The position numbers and the translations under genes were made by a program. A model generated the notes under the pieces. That model did not search any database. It worked only from the letters and a program-made list of their open reading frames with translations, and was not told the DNA's origin. Of a stretch of 57,145 bases of DNA, positions 11,312 through 23,347 are shown piece by piece. Source of the DNA: Nemertoderma westbladi (Eukaryota > Animalia > Xenacoelomorpha); NCBI GenBank assembly GCA_032718475.1, contig JAUCBJ010002463.1:1-57145 (forward strand), read 5' to 3'. The stretch's first letter is position 1. Each line of letters starts with the position of its first letter.

Positions 11312-14300
11312 GAACCTTGTATGTCGGAACAGGAGAAACAATCTCTGAAGATCATGGAAGATACTATCCGCCAGACGAAAGACGGACATTATGAGGTGGG
11401 GATGTTATGGCGTAGCCAAAGTCCTAAACTTATAAACAACTACCCACTGGCTTTAAGACGTCTACACTCAATACGGCAACGTCTATTAAAGGACGAGAAA
11501 GCCCATCTGCAGTACAACACTCAGATGGAGACGTATTTGACTAAAGGATACGCTATCCGAATGACTAACCCGGAGATAGTGACTGACCAAACATATTACT
11601 TGCCACATCACTATGTGAGACACCCCGACAAACCAGATAAAGTACGCGTAGTCAATGACTGTGCGGCTCTGTTTGAGGGAATGTCCCTCAATAGTGAGTT
11701 GATGGATGGACCAAACATGAATAATTATCTTATGGGGGTGATTATGCGCTTCCGTCAGCGTCAAGTAGCTTTTACTTGTGACGTTGAAGCGATGTTTCAC
11801 CAAGTGAGAGCGTTAGAGCGAGACAAAGACAGTTTGCGGTTCCTCTGGTACCCGGAAGGAGACTTAAGTCTACCACCGGCGACTTACCAAATGCAAGTTC
11901 GCGTTTTCGGTGCCAGAGACAGCCCAAATTGTACGATGTACGCCCTAAAGCAGGCCGCTAGGGATCAGAAACATCTATATGACCCAGAGATAATTAAAAT
12001 CGTAGAACGTGACTTTTACGTCGATGACGGTTTACAGAGTTGCGACACAGTAGAACGTGCTACAACAGTAGCACATCAATTACGGGACTGCTTAGCGGGC
12101 GGAGGTTTTAACCTCACCAAATTCGCCTCAAACAGTGCCGAATTAGTAGACTCGTTCGGAACTACTGAGCGTGGAGGTGGTGACATAGACCTAGAGTTCG
12201 AACCACTACCGACGACTAAGGTGTTAGGGCTCTTTTGGGACCCAAACACAGACAACTTTCGAGTGAAAGTGAGACTGGACAGTCAAGAGAACACACTGAC
12301 AAAGAGATCATGCTTGTCAAAGTTGAGCCGATTGTTCGATCCGTTAGGATTCATCAGTCCAGTGATACTGCAAGCCCGCATTTATATGCGCAGTATATGG
12401 AAGGATGGACTAACATGGGACGAGCCGATCTCATCAGACCAAGTGGACTTATGGAAGACCTGGGAGGCGGAATTATCTTCGCTAGAGGATTATTCCATAC
12501 CCAGGGTTTACTTTCCATTACAAAGTACATTTCCTGACAACTTGGAACTACACTGTTTTTCTGACGCCAGTGACAACGGTTTTGGTGTGGCAGCGTACTT
12601 GCGTAGACAAGTAGACTCAGACGAGTTCGATGTTTCGCTCATTACTTCTAAGGCTAAGACCATGCCTACCAAGTATATGACGACACCACGAGCTGAGCTA
12701 CAAGCCGCAACCCTGTCAACCACCATCGTGAACCTCATACAGACAGAACTACAGTCGAGTTTACAGATATTTTATTGGACTGACGCGACGTTGGTTTTAT
12801 TTTACATAAACAACGACACACTCGAATTCAAGACATTCGTAGCTAACCGTCGCGCGGAAATTCTAGATCGTTCAATAAAAGAGGATTGGCGACATTGTCC
12901 CGGACCACAAAACCCAGCTGATATTGCGTCGCGAGGAATGATGCCTGAGGAATTCTGTAAACCGGAGAACAAAGAATTTTGGCAACACGGACCCCAATTC
13001 TTGCAGAAATCGACACAAGATTGGCCTCCGTTATACGACAACAAATCTAATACTATCCCTAAGGACGCCGAAATCAAGAAACCAAAAAAGGGGAAGACAA
13101 AGAAAAGGACGACGGCGGCAAAACTCAAGAAAAAACCGAAGGCGAAATGGAAAGATATAACTTCAAAGGTCAAGAGAGGAAGACTTGCGAGCCTTTCTAC
13201 ACCAGACATATCGCCAGACGGTCAACCAGACATATCGCCAGACGGTCAGCCAGACACATTACTAGACAGTCGACTAGACATTTTGTCAGAAACATCACAA
13301 AATGTTCTACCGGACATTAGTAATGTATTGACAAACAGTAAAGCCGCAGTTTCCCTATTGGAGCGGCCTTCTATTGACAAACAACCAGATACGTTACCAG
13401 ACGTATCGCCAGACACACTACTAGACAGTCGACCAGACACTAGTAACGTACTGACAAATAGTGAAGCCGCAGTTTCCCTATTGGAGCGGCCTTGTATTGA
13501 CAAACTACCAATTTTGACACACTTGAGCAACCATAAGCACGGTGAAACCTCATGTATTACAGATGTGGGTAGTACCTACGCTAATGTAAATACAGGTGTT
13601 ACTTTGCGCTCAAGAGACATACCGAACTTGCAACCTATGGTGAGACCTGGGATTAATGTCGGCAGGAAAATAAGTTTACCGAAACCTGCTGACCCCATAG
13701 AGTTCAAACCACCATTAACGATCGACTTACAAAGTACTGACGATCAAGGTAAGAAGACAAAGAAGGACAAATTACTTGTAGACCCGGACGGATCAACAGT
13801 CAACAAGGGAATACTTACCGGCGGACCCGTGGGCCCTTCTAGTAATTCAAAACCTTCCAAATTCTCAATTGACTTACCTGATGACGTCACAAATACTCAT
13901 GTCGACCGTATTGTAAACTTAACAGATTCTTGGTCAAACGCTTGCCGAAAATTAGCGTGGATTGTACGTTTTGTACAATACGTTAAAGGCAAACGCGACT
14001 TTACACGTCGACTTACATTGGCTGAGATTGACAGGTGTGAAATTATATTAATTCGCCATTATCAACTGCGATATTTCGCGCGCGAATTCACATCCATAAA
14101 TCAAGGTCAACCAATCAAGTCGTCACCAATACTGAGTTGGAGTCCGATAATTTATAATGGCTTAATTTGTCATAAATCTCGGCTTCAAAACATTGACTTT
14201 AACACAAACTTTAGGTACCCAATAATAATACCGCAACACCACGAACTACAACGTGCAATGATACTGGACGCACATTTACATCTGAAACACGCTGGAAGAC

Positions 14301-15409
14301 ACCACTGTCTTTCCTACTTACGTACTAGATTTGTATTAATTAGACCCAGTAAAGCATTAAGTTCAGTGACACGTACGTGTATTATTTGTAAAAAGGTACA
14401 TTCTAGAATAGGTACCCAAGAAATGAGTGAACTACCACAAGCACGACTTCAAGCATTCAGACCACCTTTTACAGAGACTGGAATTGATTGCTTTGGTCCC
14501 ATACATACGAAACGTGGACGCATACTAGTAAAACGCTGGGGACTGATTTTCACATGTATGTCCAGTAGGGCAGTTCACATTGAACGTGTGATGGATCTTT
14601 CCACCAACGCGTTTATACTAGCACTGCGGCGATTTATCGCTAGACGCGGACTAGTGAAATGCTTGTACTCAGACCAAGGGACAAACTTTGTTGGTGCTCG
14701 GAATGAGATTGCTAGAGCCTTTAAGAAATTAGACCATGATCAAATCTCGAACGAACTGCAACCTCACAAGATTGTTTGGAAGTTTAATCCTCCAGATAGT
14801 CCTTGGAGAGGCGGAGTCTGGGAGAGACTGATTAGATCTATAAAGACAGCCATGGCAAAGGTCATTCCAGTAAACCACATATTGACAGACGACCAACTGA
14901 CAACATTGTTTGTTGAAATCGAGGCAATACTAAATACTAGACCAATAGTATTAGTACCCGATGACAAACAATCTCAATTTGCTTTAACACCGGCACACCT
15001 GCTAATGCAGGCACCGACCACATTAATGCCGATTTCTATTCCAATAGAAAGCGACAGCTACGGTAGAAAAGCGTGGAAAATCACGCAACTACTGGCTAAC
15101 AAATTCTGGGAAATATGGCAAAACCATTATTTGCCCTCTATTTCTGCCAGAACAAACTGGTACAATAACACCCGCGCATTAAAGCCGGGAGATCACGTGC
15201 TGTTAGCGGAAGTGAATCTAAAAAGACGCTTCTGGATAACAGGTGTAATTTTAGCCACACATCCATCTATGGATGGAGTGACAAGGACTGTGACAGTACG
15301 GACAATTGACGGTCGTACAGTAGACAGACCGACTCAACGTCTCGTACTTGTTGAAGAGACTCGTAACGAGTCTGGAGACTACAAATCTCCACCTAATACT
15401 AGTAAATAA
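11312..15409 (+). CDS. pol: BEL/Pao pol: reverse transcriptase, RNase H, integrase (open frame, separated from gag-PR by the insertion)
   Basis: YYLPHH, KVRVVNDC, DVEAMFHQV, FYVDD (RT); FSDAS, PRAELQAA, WTDA, NPADIASRG (RNase H); HHCC, GIDCFGP, SDQGTNF, GVWERL (integrase). Confidence 0.96.
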   Translation, partial: EPCMSEQEKQSLKIMEDTIRQTKDGHYEVGMLWRSQSPKLINNYPLALRRLHSIRQRLLKDEKAHLQYNTQMETYLTKGYAIRMTNPEIVTDQTYYLPHHYVRHPDKPDKVRVVNDCAALFEGMSLNSELMDGPNMNNYLMGVIMRFRQRQVAFTCDVEAMFHQVRALERDKDSLRFLWYPEGDLSLPPATYQMQVRVFGARDSPNCTMYALKQAARDQKHLYDPEIIKIVERDFYVDDGLQSCDTVERATTVAHQLRDCLAGGGFNLTKFASNSAELVDSFGTTERGGGDIDLEFEPLPTTKVLGLFWDPNTDNFRVKVRLDSQENTLTKRSCLSKLSRLFDPLGFISPVILQARIYMRSIWKDGLTWDEPISSDQVDLWKTWEAELSSLEDYSIPRVYFPLQSTFPDNLELHCFSDASDNGFGVAAYLRRQVDSDEFDVSLITSKAKTMPTKYMTTPRAELQAATLSTTIVNLIQTELQSSLQIFYWTDATLVLFYINNDTLEFKTFVANRRAEILDRSIKEDWRHCPGPQNPADIASRGMMPEEFCKPENKEFWQHGPQFLQKSTQDWPPLYDNKSNTIPKDAEIKKPKKGKTKKRTTAAKLKKKPKAKWKDITSKVKRGRLASLSTPDISPDGQPDISPDGQPDTLLDSRLDILSETSQNVLPDISNVLTNSKAAVSLLERPSIDKQPDTLPDVSPDTLLDSRPDTSNVLTNSEAAVSLLERPCIDKLPILTHLSNHKHGETSCITDVGSTYANVNTGVTLRSRDIPNLQPMVRPGINVGRKISLPKPADPIEFKPPLTIDLQSTDDQGKKTKKDKLLVDPDGSTVNKGILTGGPVGPSSNSKPSKFSIDLPDDVTNTHVDRIVNLTDSWSNACRKLAWIVRFVQYVKGKRDFTRRLTLAEIDRCEIILIRHYQLRYFAREFTSINQGQPIKSSPILSWSPIIYNGLICHKSRLQNIDFNTNFRYPIIIPQHHELQRAMILDAHLHLKHAGRHHCLSYLRTRFVLIRPSKALSSVTRTCIICKKVHSRIGTQEMSELPQARLQAFRPPFTETGIDCFGPIHTKRGRILVKRWGLIFTCMSSRAVHIERVMDLSTNAFILALRRFIARRGLVKCLYSDQGTNFVGARNEIARAFKKLDHDQISNELQPHKIVWKFNPPDSPWRGGVWERLIRSIKTAMAKVIPVNHILTDDQLTTLFVEIEAILNTRPIVLVPDDKQSQFALTPAHLLMQAPTTLMPISIPIESDSYGRKAWKITQLLANKFWEIWQNHYLPSISARTNWYNNTRALKPGDHVLLAEVNLKRRFWITGVILATHPSMDGVTRTVTVRTIDGRTVDRPTQRLVLVEETRNESGDYKSPPNTSK

Positions 15410-16066
15410 TTAGGAGTTTACAAATAGATTTCCACGTACCTGTACACTGTAGTAAGGACAGCGGTAGAATTCCATTGTCTTTATATGTGAACATTGAGGG
15501 TAGTACCCTTATGTGTCACATAGGAGCGGGATTTGTAGGTATAAGAAATGGAATTCTACTTGGAACTCACAATATTGAGACATTTTCGAAATTTTAGACA
15601 ATCCATTTGGATTTGAAAAATTTTTAAAATTTTCTCCAGTGAATAGATTTCAGGGTACAGTCGGGTGGAACTTAAAATTAGAGAAACAAGAGAGGAAGAC
15701 TTGCGAGCCTTTCTTAAAATTTTAATTAAATTTTACACGGTCTTGTTTCAATAAGTTACGTCAAAATAGACTCCCCTATATTTATTACTAATTCTTGATT
15801 GCTTATTTTCTGATAATAGTTTGGGATCAAAAGGTGAGTATTTTAGACTCACAGCCAGTTTAGCCCAAATTCGTTTTTATTTCGGCAAAAATTTTAGATA
15901 AGAAGCAGCGTGTCATTAAAGAAACCCTAGATCTTAGGGTATGGGTAGGAGGTTAGAGCGTTGTCGAGCCCAAAAGGCAGACGAAACTCTCACGTCTCCT
16001 CACAACTAACCACAAACTCTGTTGTATTCCCTCTAGTAGTAATGATTATGTAACTACACCCTAATT

Positions 16067-17769
16067 ATGGAGAAAGGGATACAAGGAGAGTCGAGATGGG
16101 GATATGATATCCAAGAGGAGGCAGCAGCGCCATTCGAAAGATTTGGAGCCAAGGACTACACTATATTTGGTATAAAGGAATTATCAGAAAGTACAGCGAA
16201 GCTCGCAAAGACAGTAATGCCTTTAATCGAGCAGGATTTAGCATATTTCGAGACGTGTATCTTCGCTGTGCGGGATCTCTTATCGAAAGACCATCTATGT
16301 TTACATTGTTACCCTATGAAGGAGAACGTATCGTGGAGATTACGGAAGAATCACGGCAGACGCGCGCGCCTATCGGTCACCTTGGTGATGAATTCGAAGT
16401 AACTACTACGATCGCCGACGATCCTTTAGAGGAACTTCTTGAGATAGAAAGGAACCTCCCGAAGAAATCTCAGACGGAGATTCGACAACTTGAAGCAACG
16501 GATGCTATAGTTTGTATACAACCTTCAGAAACCTACCAACCCATAGACCCAGATGATTACGATTATAGTATGGGAGGAAGCGCTCGACCGATTGGAGATC
16601 TTATATACGAACGAGTGTGGTACCCTGCCAATACGATGTGTAGTAAATGTGGCGTCGCTGGACATCATATGGCAAAGTGCAGTGGAAAGCACATTACTAC
16701 GACTCAGCTAATCTGTGGATGGTGTGGGGATCAAGGGTCTCATACCTTTTATACTTGCTGGAGATTTATGGCTCAGTGTACTTATTGCAATATAAAGGGA
16801 CATCGAGCATCTGAATGCCAACTAAGGGACATACCTTATGAACACGAATCTGTAAAACTCGTGAGGAAGTTATTTGATGAGTGGGAAGATTTAGCCGACG
16901 AACATGTATCGGCACAGAGAAGACGGTTTCCGATGAGAGCGCATCTCGGATTTTGGGCGGTAAATCCTCAAACGATGATGTCGGAAGGATATATCTCCGC
17001 TATGCCCCAATATGACGAACTTATCGAGGTTGTCGATATTTTGCCCCACGACAGCGGATTCCGAGTGGTGCGCGAGTATCTACTACAGATTCACCCGGAT
17101 AACAAAAACACGTGGAATTTTCAGAAAGTCGTTAATCGGATTACGTATGGTGAATTCGATCGTTTCCGAACTGAAAAGCGGAACAAAGGAGCTTGGTTAA
17201 CCGTCGCATGGGCGTACCGAGCCGCGTTTTACCATAAACGTATACGAGCGAGCGTATTCGAGGAAGAGGAGGTCCTAGAGGCGACAAATATACCAGCCAC
17301 TCCGGTTGCGCCGTCTGCACGTCACCCTCGGGAGGACGGACAGGGTAGGATCATACGGGTCCAGAAAGTGGGCCAACAATTAAAGAAAATTATTAATGTA
17401 GAAGAACGCAAGGGAGTTGAGCCGACTATTCGAGTTACTCGGGATACGGTATCACTTCCAAGAGAACCAGTAGGAGGATCGGGACATACACCAGCTGATC
17501 AACAGGGGGCGCAAGCTACTCTTGGGTCTGCGTCGTCCACTTCTCGCGCGTTCCCAGACGTTCTACCAACTGTAGTGACGACTGATCGGTCACGAGGAAT
17601 CGGTCGAGGTTTTGGGATGCCAAATAGACGAATTTGCGAGGAAATAGTCGCACCGTCTCTCAACGTCCCAAGTAAACCAGTGACTCGCCCCATTAGTCCC
17701 ATATCGCGAGCAAAGTCACCTGTGCGAAGTTTTCGAGGACGCGGCAGGGCTCGATCCACTAAGCGATAA
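16067..17769 (+). CDS. Accessory 3' ORF of element 1: three CCHC zinc knuckles plus uncharacterised domain (probably one frameshifted ORF)
   Basis: CSKCGVAGHHMAKC, CGWCGDQGSHTFYTC, CTYCNIKGHRASEC followed by LFDEWEDLADEH...RRRF...LGFW; lies between the integrase stop and the 3' LTR; ORFs 16067-16402 and 16255-17769 overlap. Confidence 0.8.
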
Positions 17770-17859
17770 AAGGGAGGGCAAGGGTGGACGGAAGACTCGT
17801 GGGCCTTTCTTATGATTTTGTGATTTATTTTGAATTATATGTTTTATATTTAGAAAGTT

Positions 17860-18480
17860 TTGTATTCTGGGAAAGACTCATATTTAGTAAAACTTATATT
17901 TAGTAAAACTTATATTTTATATTTTTGCTTATTCCGAACTTATGCAATTTGTATTGTTCCGAATTTATGAAATTTAGAGAGTTTATATTTAGAAGGAACT
18001 TATATTTGAAAGATTTATGTTTCATATTTGAAGATGCAAAGGAGTTTATATTATTCTAAACTTATGCAGTTTATATCTATATTTAGTAAGACTTATATTT
18101 GTAAGAATTTATATTTTATATTTGTGATTATTCCGAACTTATGCAATTTATATTATTCCGAACTTATGCAATTTATATTGTTCCGAATATTATGCAATTT
18201 ATATTTTATAAGCAGTATTTGTATTTACAGTGAAATAGAAAGTTTTATAGATAGAAAATTTTGTGCTCAGAAAGACTCATATTTGTAATTATTCCAAACT
18301 TATGCAATCTACATTTAGGTACGAAAGTATTTGTAATTATTTGAATTTATGCAATATTTGAGATGCAATAGTAGATGGAAGACTCGCGAGCCTTTCTTAT
18401 TGTTTTCATTTATTTGTATTTGTAATTGTTTGAATTTATGCAATATTGAGATGCAATAGATTTATATTGGTGAATTTAAT
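17860..18480 (+). repeat. AT-rich degenerate tandem repeats in the element 1 3' UTR
   Basis: Recurring TTATTCCGAACTTATGCAATTTA and GTAAAACTTATATTT units. Confidence 0.8.
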
Positions 18481-18692
18481 TTAGATTTATATTGTACTTA
18501 CTTAGTAAAGCCTTAAATACGTAAAGTTTGAATTTGTAATTATTTTTGTATCGAATCATTACGTAGAAAGGAAGTATTGTTTGAAATTTAATTGTAAATA
18601 TGTAAGTACGCCCTAAGTATTCTATAGTTTGATTGATTATTGGTGAAAACCGTATATTTTATGCACGATAATATCCTGTTTTCATGGAGCGG

Positions 18693-18832
18693 TATAGAAT
18701 TATATTCCCTAAATGCCGTGGATTTTCAAAATTTTATTTTATTCGGATTAACTTTGTAAAGATTGCTTTGAGTTCTCATTCGTATTGGTTCTATCATTTG
18801 TACATCTATCGGTCAAGTGGTTCAGTAGCTCA
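18693..18832 (+). repeat. 3' LTR of element 1, first part
   Basis: Matches 2723-2862; preceded by the short purine-rich GGAGCGG (putative PPT). Confidence 0.93.
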
Positions 18833-19335
18833 GGCAGAATACCTAAGGACTGTGGTAAATCTAAGGTTGAGAGTAGGCTGGAGAGCTAAGGTCGCGAGTA
18901 GCGTGGAGGTGAGGAAGGGAGTAGCTTGCTTAGGTGGATGGTAGGAAAAACCCGGCTTTCTATTGGCTGTTATAAATAGCTTACATAGTTTAAACTATAT
19001 AGTAGTTCCCCTGGTTGAGGAGATGGGAAATCATGTACTGGGATAGGCTGCTAAGTTAACCCAACAAAACAACTAAACTTTTAATTAATTATTGATTACA
19101 GGCAAGGATTTGGAAGGAATTTTTTAATTTCATCAAAGGTTTACGTTTAATTAAACGAGTATCAGTTAATCGTGTTATATTGACAAATAAATTATCATAT
19201 TACAAATATATTATCTAGTTTTCTATACTTATGAGTAAATAATAAACTTTCTATAATATGTCATGACTTCAAATGCATCCACGAATACCGTGTTTTGTTT
19301 GATAAGGGAATTAGCAAAGGAGACCTGCCATTTAG

Positions 19336-19366
<31 letters not shown>

Positions 19367-20156
19367 TCATTTTTGGGGGTTTTAGAGCATGTAGTCGTAG
19401 GCCTAGGTTTTTGTACTACATGGTGTTGATCGTGTGGGTGGACCACCGAACAGTTGCGAATTTTAGACTAAAATAGACAATTGTTTAAAATTTATTGTTT
19501 ATTTGGTAATCCGATACTCACATTGCACATATAGAGTAAGATATACAAATACAGTATTGTATAATTGCAATATTAAAAGTTAAGTTACAATAATACTTTG
19601 GACAATGGTGTGGCTAGTATTATAGCCCAATGTATTGTCTGGGAGTGCCGGGCAGGTAGGTATGTAGTGTAGGTAGGTAGGTAGGTAGGTGTGCAGTGCT
19701 TGCAAAAAAAAGGGGGGGGGGGATATTACTATTATGTGAATTGTGAGGTGTGAGATTGTTACTGTTGTTGTTGATAGGGAAATAATTAATTATCCTAAGT
19801 TAATCTCCAGCGCAATCAATTGTTTCACTGGAGTTCCGATGCTGGATCCAGGTATATAAAACTAAACTAATGAGTCGAGTTAGGAAATACATAAAATATA
19901 AAGTATTGGATGGAAAAGGTTATGGAAAATTGGTAAAATCTATGTTTTATTGATTGTTTACAGTGTACTTTAATTTAATATTTTAGAAGGTGACCTATTT
20001 CGAAAAGGGTACTATATTTTTGATTTTTTATGTTTTACGTCAGCAAAGGAATCAGAGTTCCATATCGTTGGCCCTGAAAAATAATTATTAGTGTTTGGAA
20101 ATTATTGGAAAACTAATGTATCTTTGAGATGAGCAATGCGCATATCCTTGCCTTAA

Positions 20157-20867
20157 GGGGGGGGTACACCATTTTGGTCCAAAATATGTCGAAATTTTTT
20201 TTATGGTCTATTATAATGCACCATTGAATGGTGTTTCCAAATCTGAAAACCGCTATTTAATAGCTCTTTCAGTTTTCAAGTTATGTAAATTTCCATTTAC
20301 GGAATCCTATTGAAATTACTATTACTATGTATAATGAAAGGTCGATTATCTCCAAATATTTTTTTCATGAAATTGTCAACTTCAAAACCCTACTACTTCT
20401 ACAATTTTTGAGTAATTAGTCTGAAACTTCCTGTGGGTGTCTAGATAGTCACCCTGCATAAAAGTATCAGGCAACTTTTCGAAATTTTTTGTTAATAAAA
20501 TTTAATACTATTTATAAAAAACCTAAAAATTTGCATAAATTTGCAGCGCCACCTAGCGGTGCAGAATTATTTTAACAAAATTTCGCCTGATAGTTATGTT
20601 GCCCCATCTTTGATCTATCATATAAAAAAACTTTCATGTGATTAGGTTCAAAACTGTAAAAGCCTTAGGGTTTTAAGCGCAACCAAGTTTTTATTGTTGT
20701 TAACTAGTATTAACTAATATTAAATAGCGAAAAAAAAAAATTTTCTGACCTGTCATGTAGAATAGCATCTTAGGCACCTATATGCCAAATTTTAGCCAAA
20801 ATCAAACAATTTTGAAACGCTGAGAGTGATAAATCGAAGAGTTGTCCGAAAATGGTGTACCCCCCCC
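20157..20867. mobile_element. TTAA-flanked MITE (Kolobok-like, purine termini)
   Basis: TTAA|GGGGGGGGTACACCATTTTGG ... CCGAAAATGGTGTACCCCCCCC|TTAA. Confidence 0.85.
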
Positions 20868-20871
20868 TTAA

Positions 20872-21252
20872 GGCCTGTTTACGCGTGGCAACTTTTAGAG
20901 CAACTTTCTCGGCAACTTTTAGAGCAAACCAGGTTGCCGATCAAGTTGCTCCGTGTAAACACGTAAGTTGCTGAAAAAAAATGCCGTAAAATTTGCTCAA
21001 CTTTTACGGCAACTTGAAGGAATTTGCGTTGGGGAATTAAAGCGGGATAATCAGATGTAATTATCAAAAACTAGCTAGTAGATAAAATGACCCACTATTT
21101 TACAGTTAAACTCGCCAAGTTGCTCTAAAAGTTGCCGGCCAAGTTGCTGGTAAAGTTGCCACGTGTAAACAGCGATTAAATTAAGTTGCTCCAAAAAAAG
21201 TTGCTAGTTTGCCGAGAAAGTTGATCTGAAAGTTTCCACGTGTAAACAGACC
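20872..21252. mobile_element. Harbinger-like MITE
   Basis: GGCCTGTTTACGCGTGGCAACTTT ... AAAGTTTCCACGTGTAAACAGACC inverted termini; internal AAGTTGC and GTGTAAACA repeats; TSD imperfect. Confidence 0.75.
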
Positions 21253-21563
21253 TTTAGGGGTCGAATAGCCTACGTTGATAGTTAGACGTAAAGGATAATA
21301 TATTATTTGTTGAATAAGTTAAATTTGTATAAGTTACTGTATAATGTACAATGCTCTATATGTATATTACATGTTCTCATACTGTATAATATTAATATTG
21401 ATGTTTCAATATTTACAAAGTATAATAATTCTAATAAAAATATGTATGGTAGAAAAATACATTATTGCGTTTTTCCTTTCTCTCTGCGTTTTTCCTCCCT
21501 CTCTGGTCATTTTTCCGCGTAATTCTTTTCCCCCCTTGTTTACAGTCTGTTTTGCCCCAGCCC

Positions 21564-23347
21564 TAGCTCAGTCGGTAGAGCGTTGGAAATTATATGTGTA
21601 GTAGATATTGAGTTCGAATCCTAGTGAGTGCGAATTATTTTTTGTACAGAATTTCAACTCATTTAAATTAACCGCTACAAATTAATTGCATTTGTCTGTA
21701 CCAATGAGACTGTAGTTATTTGATTGTAACCAATGTCGTGCAAGTTATATATTAGCTGGACCAATAGCTATCTTTAAAACCTTGTTAGAATCTATAGAAC
21801 AATCGAGAATTTTCTCGATTGATTGCGGCACAAATTTAGTATATAAAGGTGCGATTTCGTTCATTAGTACACTTACACCAACTTCTTATACAATCTATAT
21901 CTTATATCTCAATCTTTCTCAGATTATCTTATCAATATTCTGTCGTGCTTAGTTTAATTCAGATTACATTGTATTATAATTATATCTTCTGTAATAAAGT
22001 CAGAATATTCTCTCAGCTTTTCTATCTGTTTTATCATGGATTCACTACGGTGAACAAACTTAGGGACAGGATGGCCGGCTAGAGATCGGGCCGCAGCAAT
22101 GAACGGGAACATCACGGGAATGTAGACGAGAGACAACCCGCAATACCATCTAGAGTTATTCGCCCATCGCCTGAAAGGTAGTCGATCCTTGCTACCTAAG
22201 TGTAAGACAAAAAGATCAAAGGGTAGACGTAGTGACACGCTGTAAGCCTAAAATTACATCATAGGGACTGTACTGTCTTGATTCAGGAAAAACCGCAGTA
22301 GACCTTCATATTCCTACGGGGGGAGGGAGAGAGAGCAGAGATACTAGTACGCAGATAGGACGTAGGCACACCGGTACAAGGCATACACATTGGTTAGGGT
22401 GCAGCAAACTGTACGCTTAACTCTTGCTAAGTACAGGTGCGTCTGTGACTATTTGCCGTGCAACAGTGTCCATTTGCATTAGAACTTGTAGGCTAGGGGG
22501 GTTGCTGTGTTTTCACCTGAATTGGGATTGTACCGTTCAGGCGGAAGGGCAGTTTACGTACTAGGCGCAAATAAATTGAGGCTATCAGGGATATACTAAC
22601 ATCTACCGTGTCCCCGCCAACGCCCTAATAGGAAGTTACCCGGACTACCTGGGTGACTAAAATTCTAGATAGGAGCCAGGATAGCTATTAGTACCCGTAC
22701 GCCTACAGTAGTAAACTAACACATCTCTTCTTAGTATCAGGGACCTGGTACCTAAAATTGCCGAATTCTGGGCGTAGTATTAACCTTATGCCTGAATTTG
22801 AGTCCTGGAAATACGCAAGAGGGGAAGGAACCTTATCATTCGTGAGTATTGGACCTACAAGTTACAAAATTAGAATATTCGTAAAATGCACACCGTACCC
22901 AGTAATTATATATGTGAAGGAGCAAAACTGCTTTGACCGTTCAGAATTAACACACGCGCGTTAGAAATTATTTACACCTCAAAATATATAAAATTAACTT
23001 TCGTCCTTACTGCACTTTGCTCGCTAGTTAGACATCTCCAAATCTCTGCCTCTGTACCTAGCTAGCGTCCCTTTGCCCAACCATATAAATCACACCGCGG
23101 CAAAGTATACGAGCCTCTTAGTCCGTCAGTGAGTCAGCCTGATTTTAGGATTCGCTGCGCGGGATTTTGTTTTATCGAAGTTTGTCTGCTCGTAGACTGT
23201 TTTCTGCCTCACCGGTTATAAGAGATCGATACTGCAATATATTCGCTTACTTAGAGTTTACTGTTTTGGTGAGAAGGTCGGATTTATGATTTGATTCACA
23301 AACTTTACAGTAGGATATTGCAGGTATTGTTGCTGTCTCTTCAATTA
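21564..23347 (+). repeat. 3' LTR of element 1, second part
   Basis: Resumes at TAGCTCAGTCGG, matches 2856-4647 and is followed by the TSD GATAC. Confidence 0.95.

Larger units (their letters stand above)
18833..21563. mobile_element. Non-autonomous DNA-transposon-like insertion in the A box of the LTR tRNA-like cassette
   Basis: TAGCTCA(G) duplicated at 18826-18832 and 21564-21570; absent from the 5' LTR; GGCAGAA at the left end and TTTTGCC 7 nt inside the right end; no transposase ORF. Confidence 0.85.
2723..23347 (+). mobile_element. BEL/Pao LTR retrotransposon (element 1), near full length, with nested insertions
   Basis: Two near-identical LTRs; 5-bp TSD GATAC (2718-2722 and 23348-23352); gag-PR-RT-RNaseH-IN order with BEL-type motifs. 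Confidence 0.96.

Noticed and set aside
16255-17769. Env gene at the env position
   Set aside because: No signal peptide, fusion peptide or transmembrane segment is visible; zinc knuckles suggest nucleic-acid binding.
19340-19370. Long G/C homopolymer runs as G-quadruplex signals
   Set aside because: They are scattered through unrelated elements across the window and their lengths may be sequencing artefacts.
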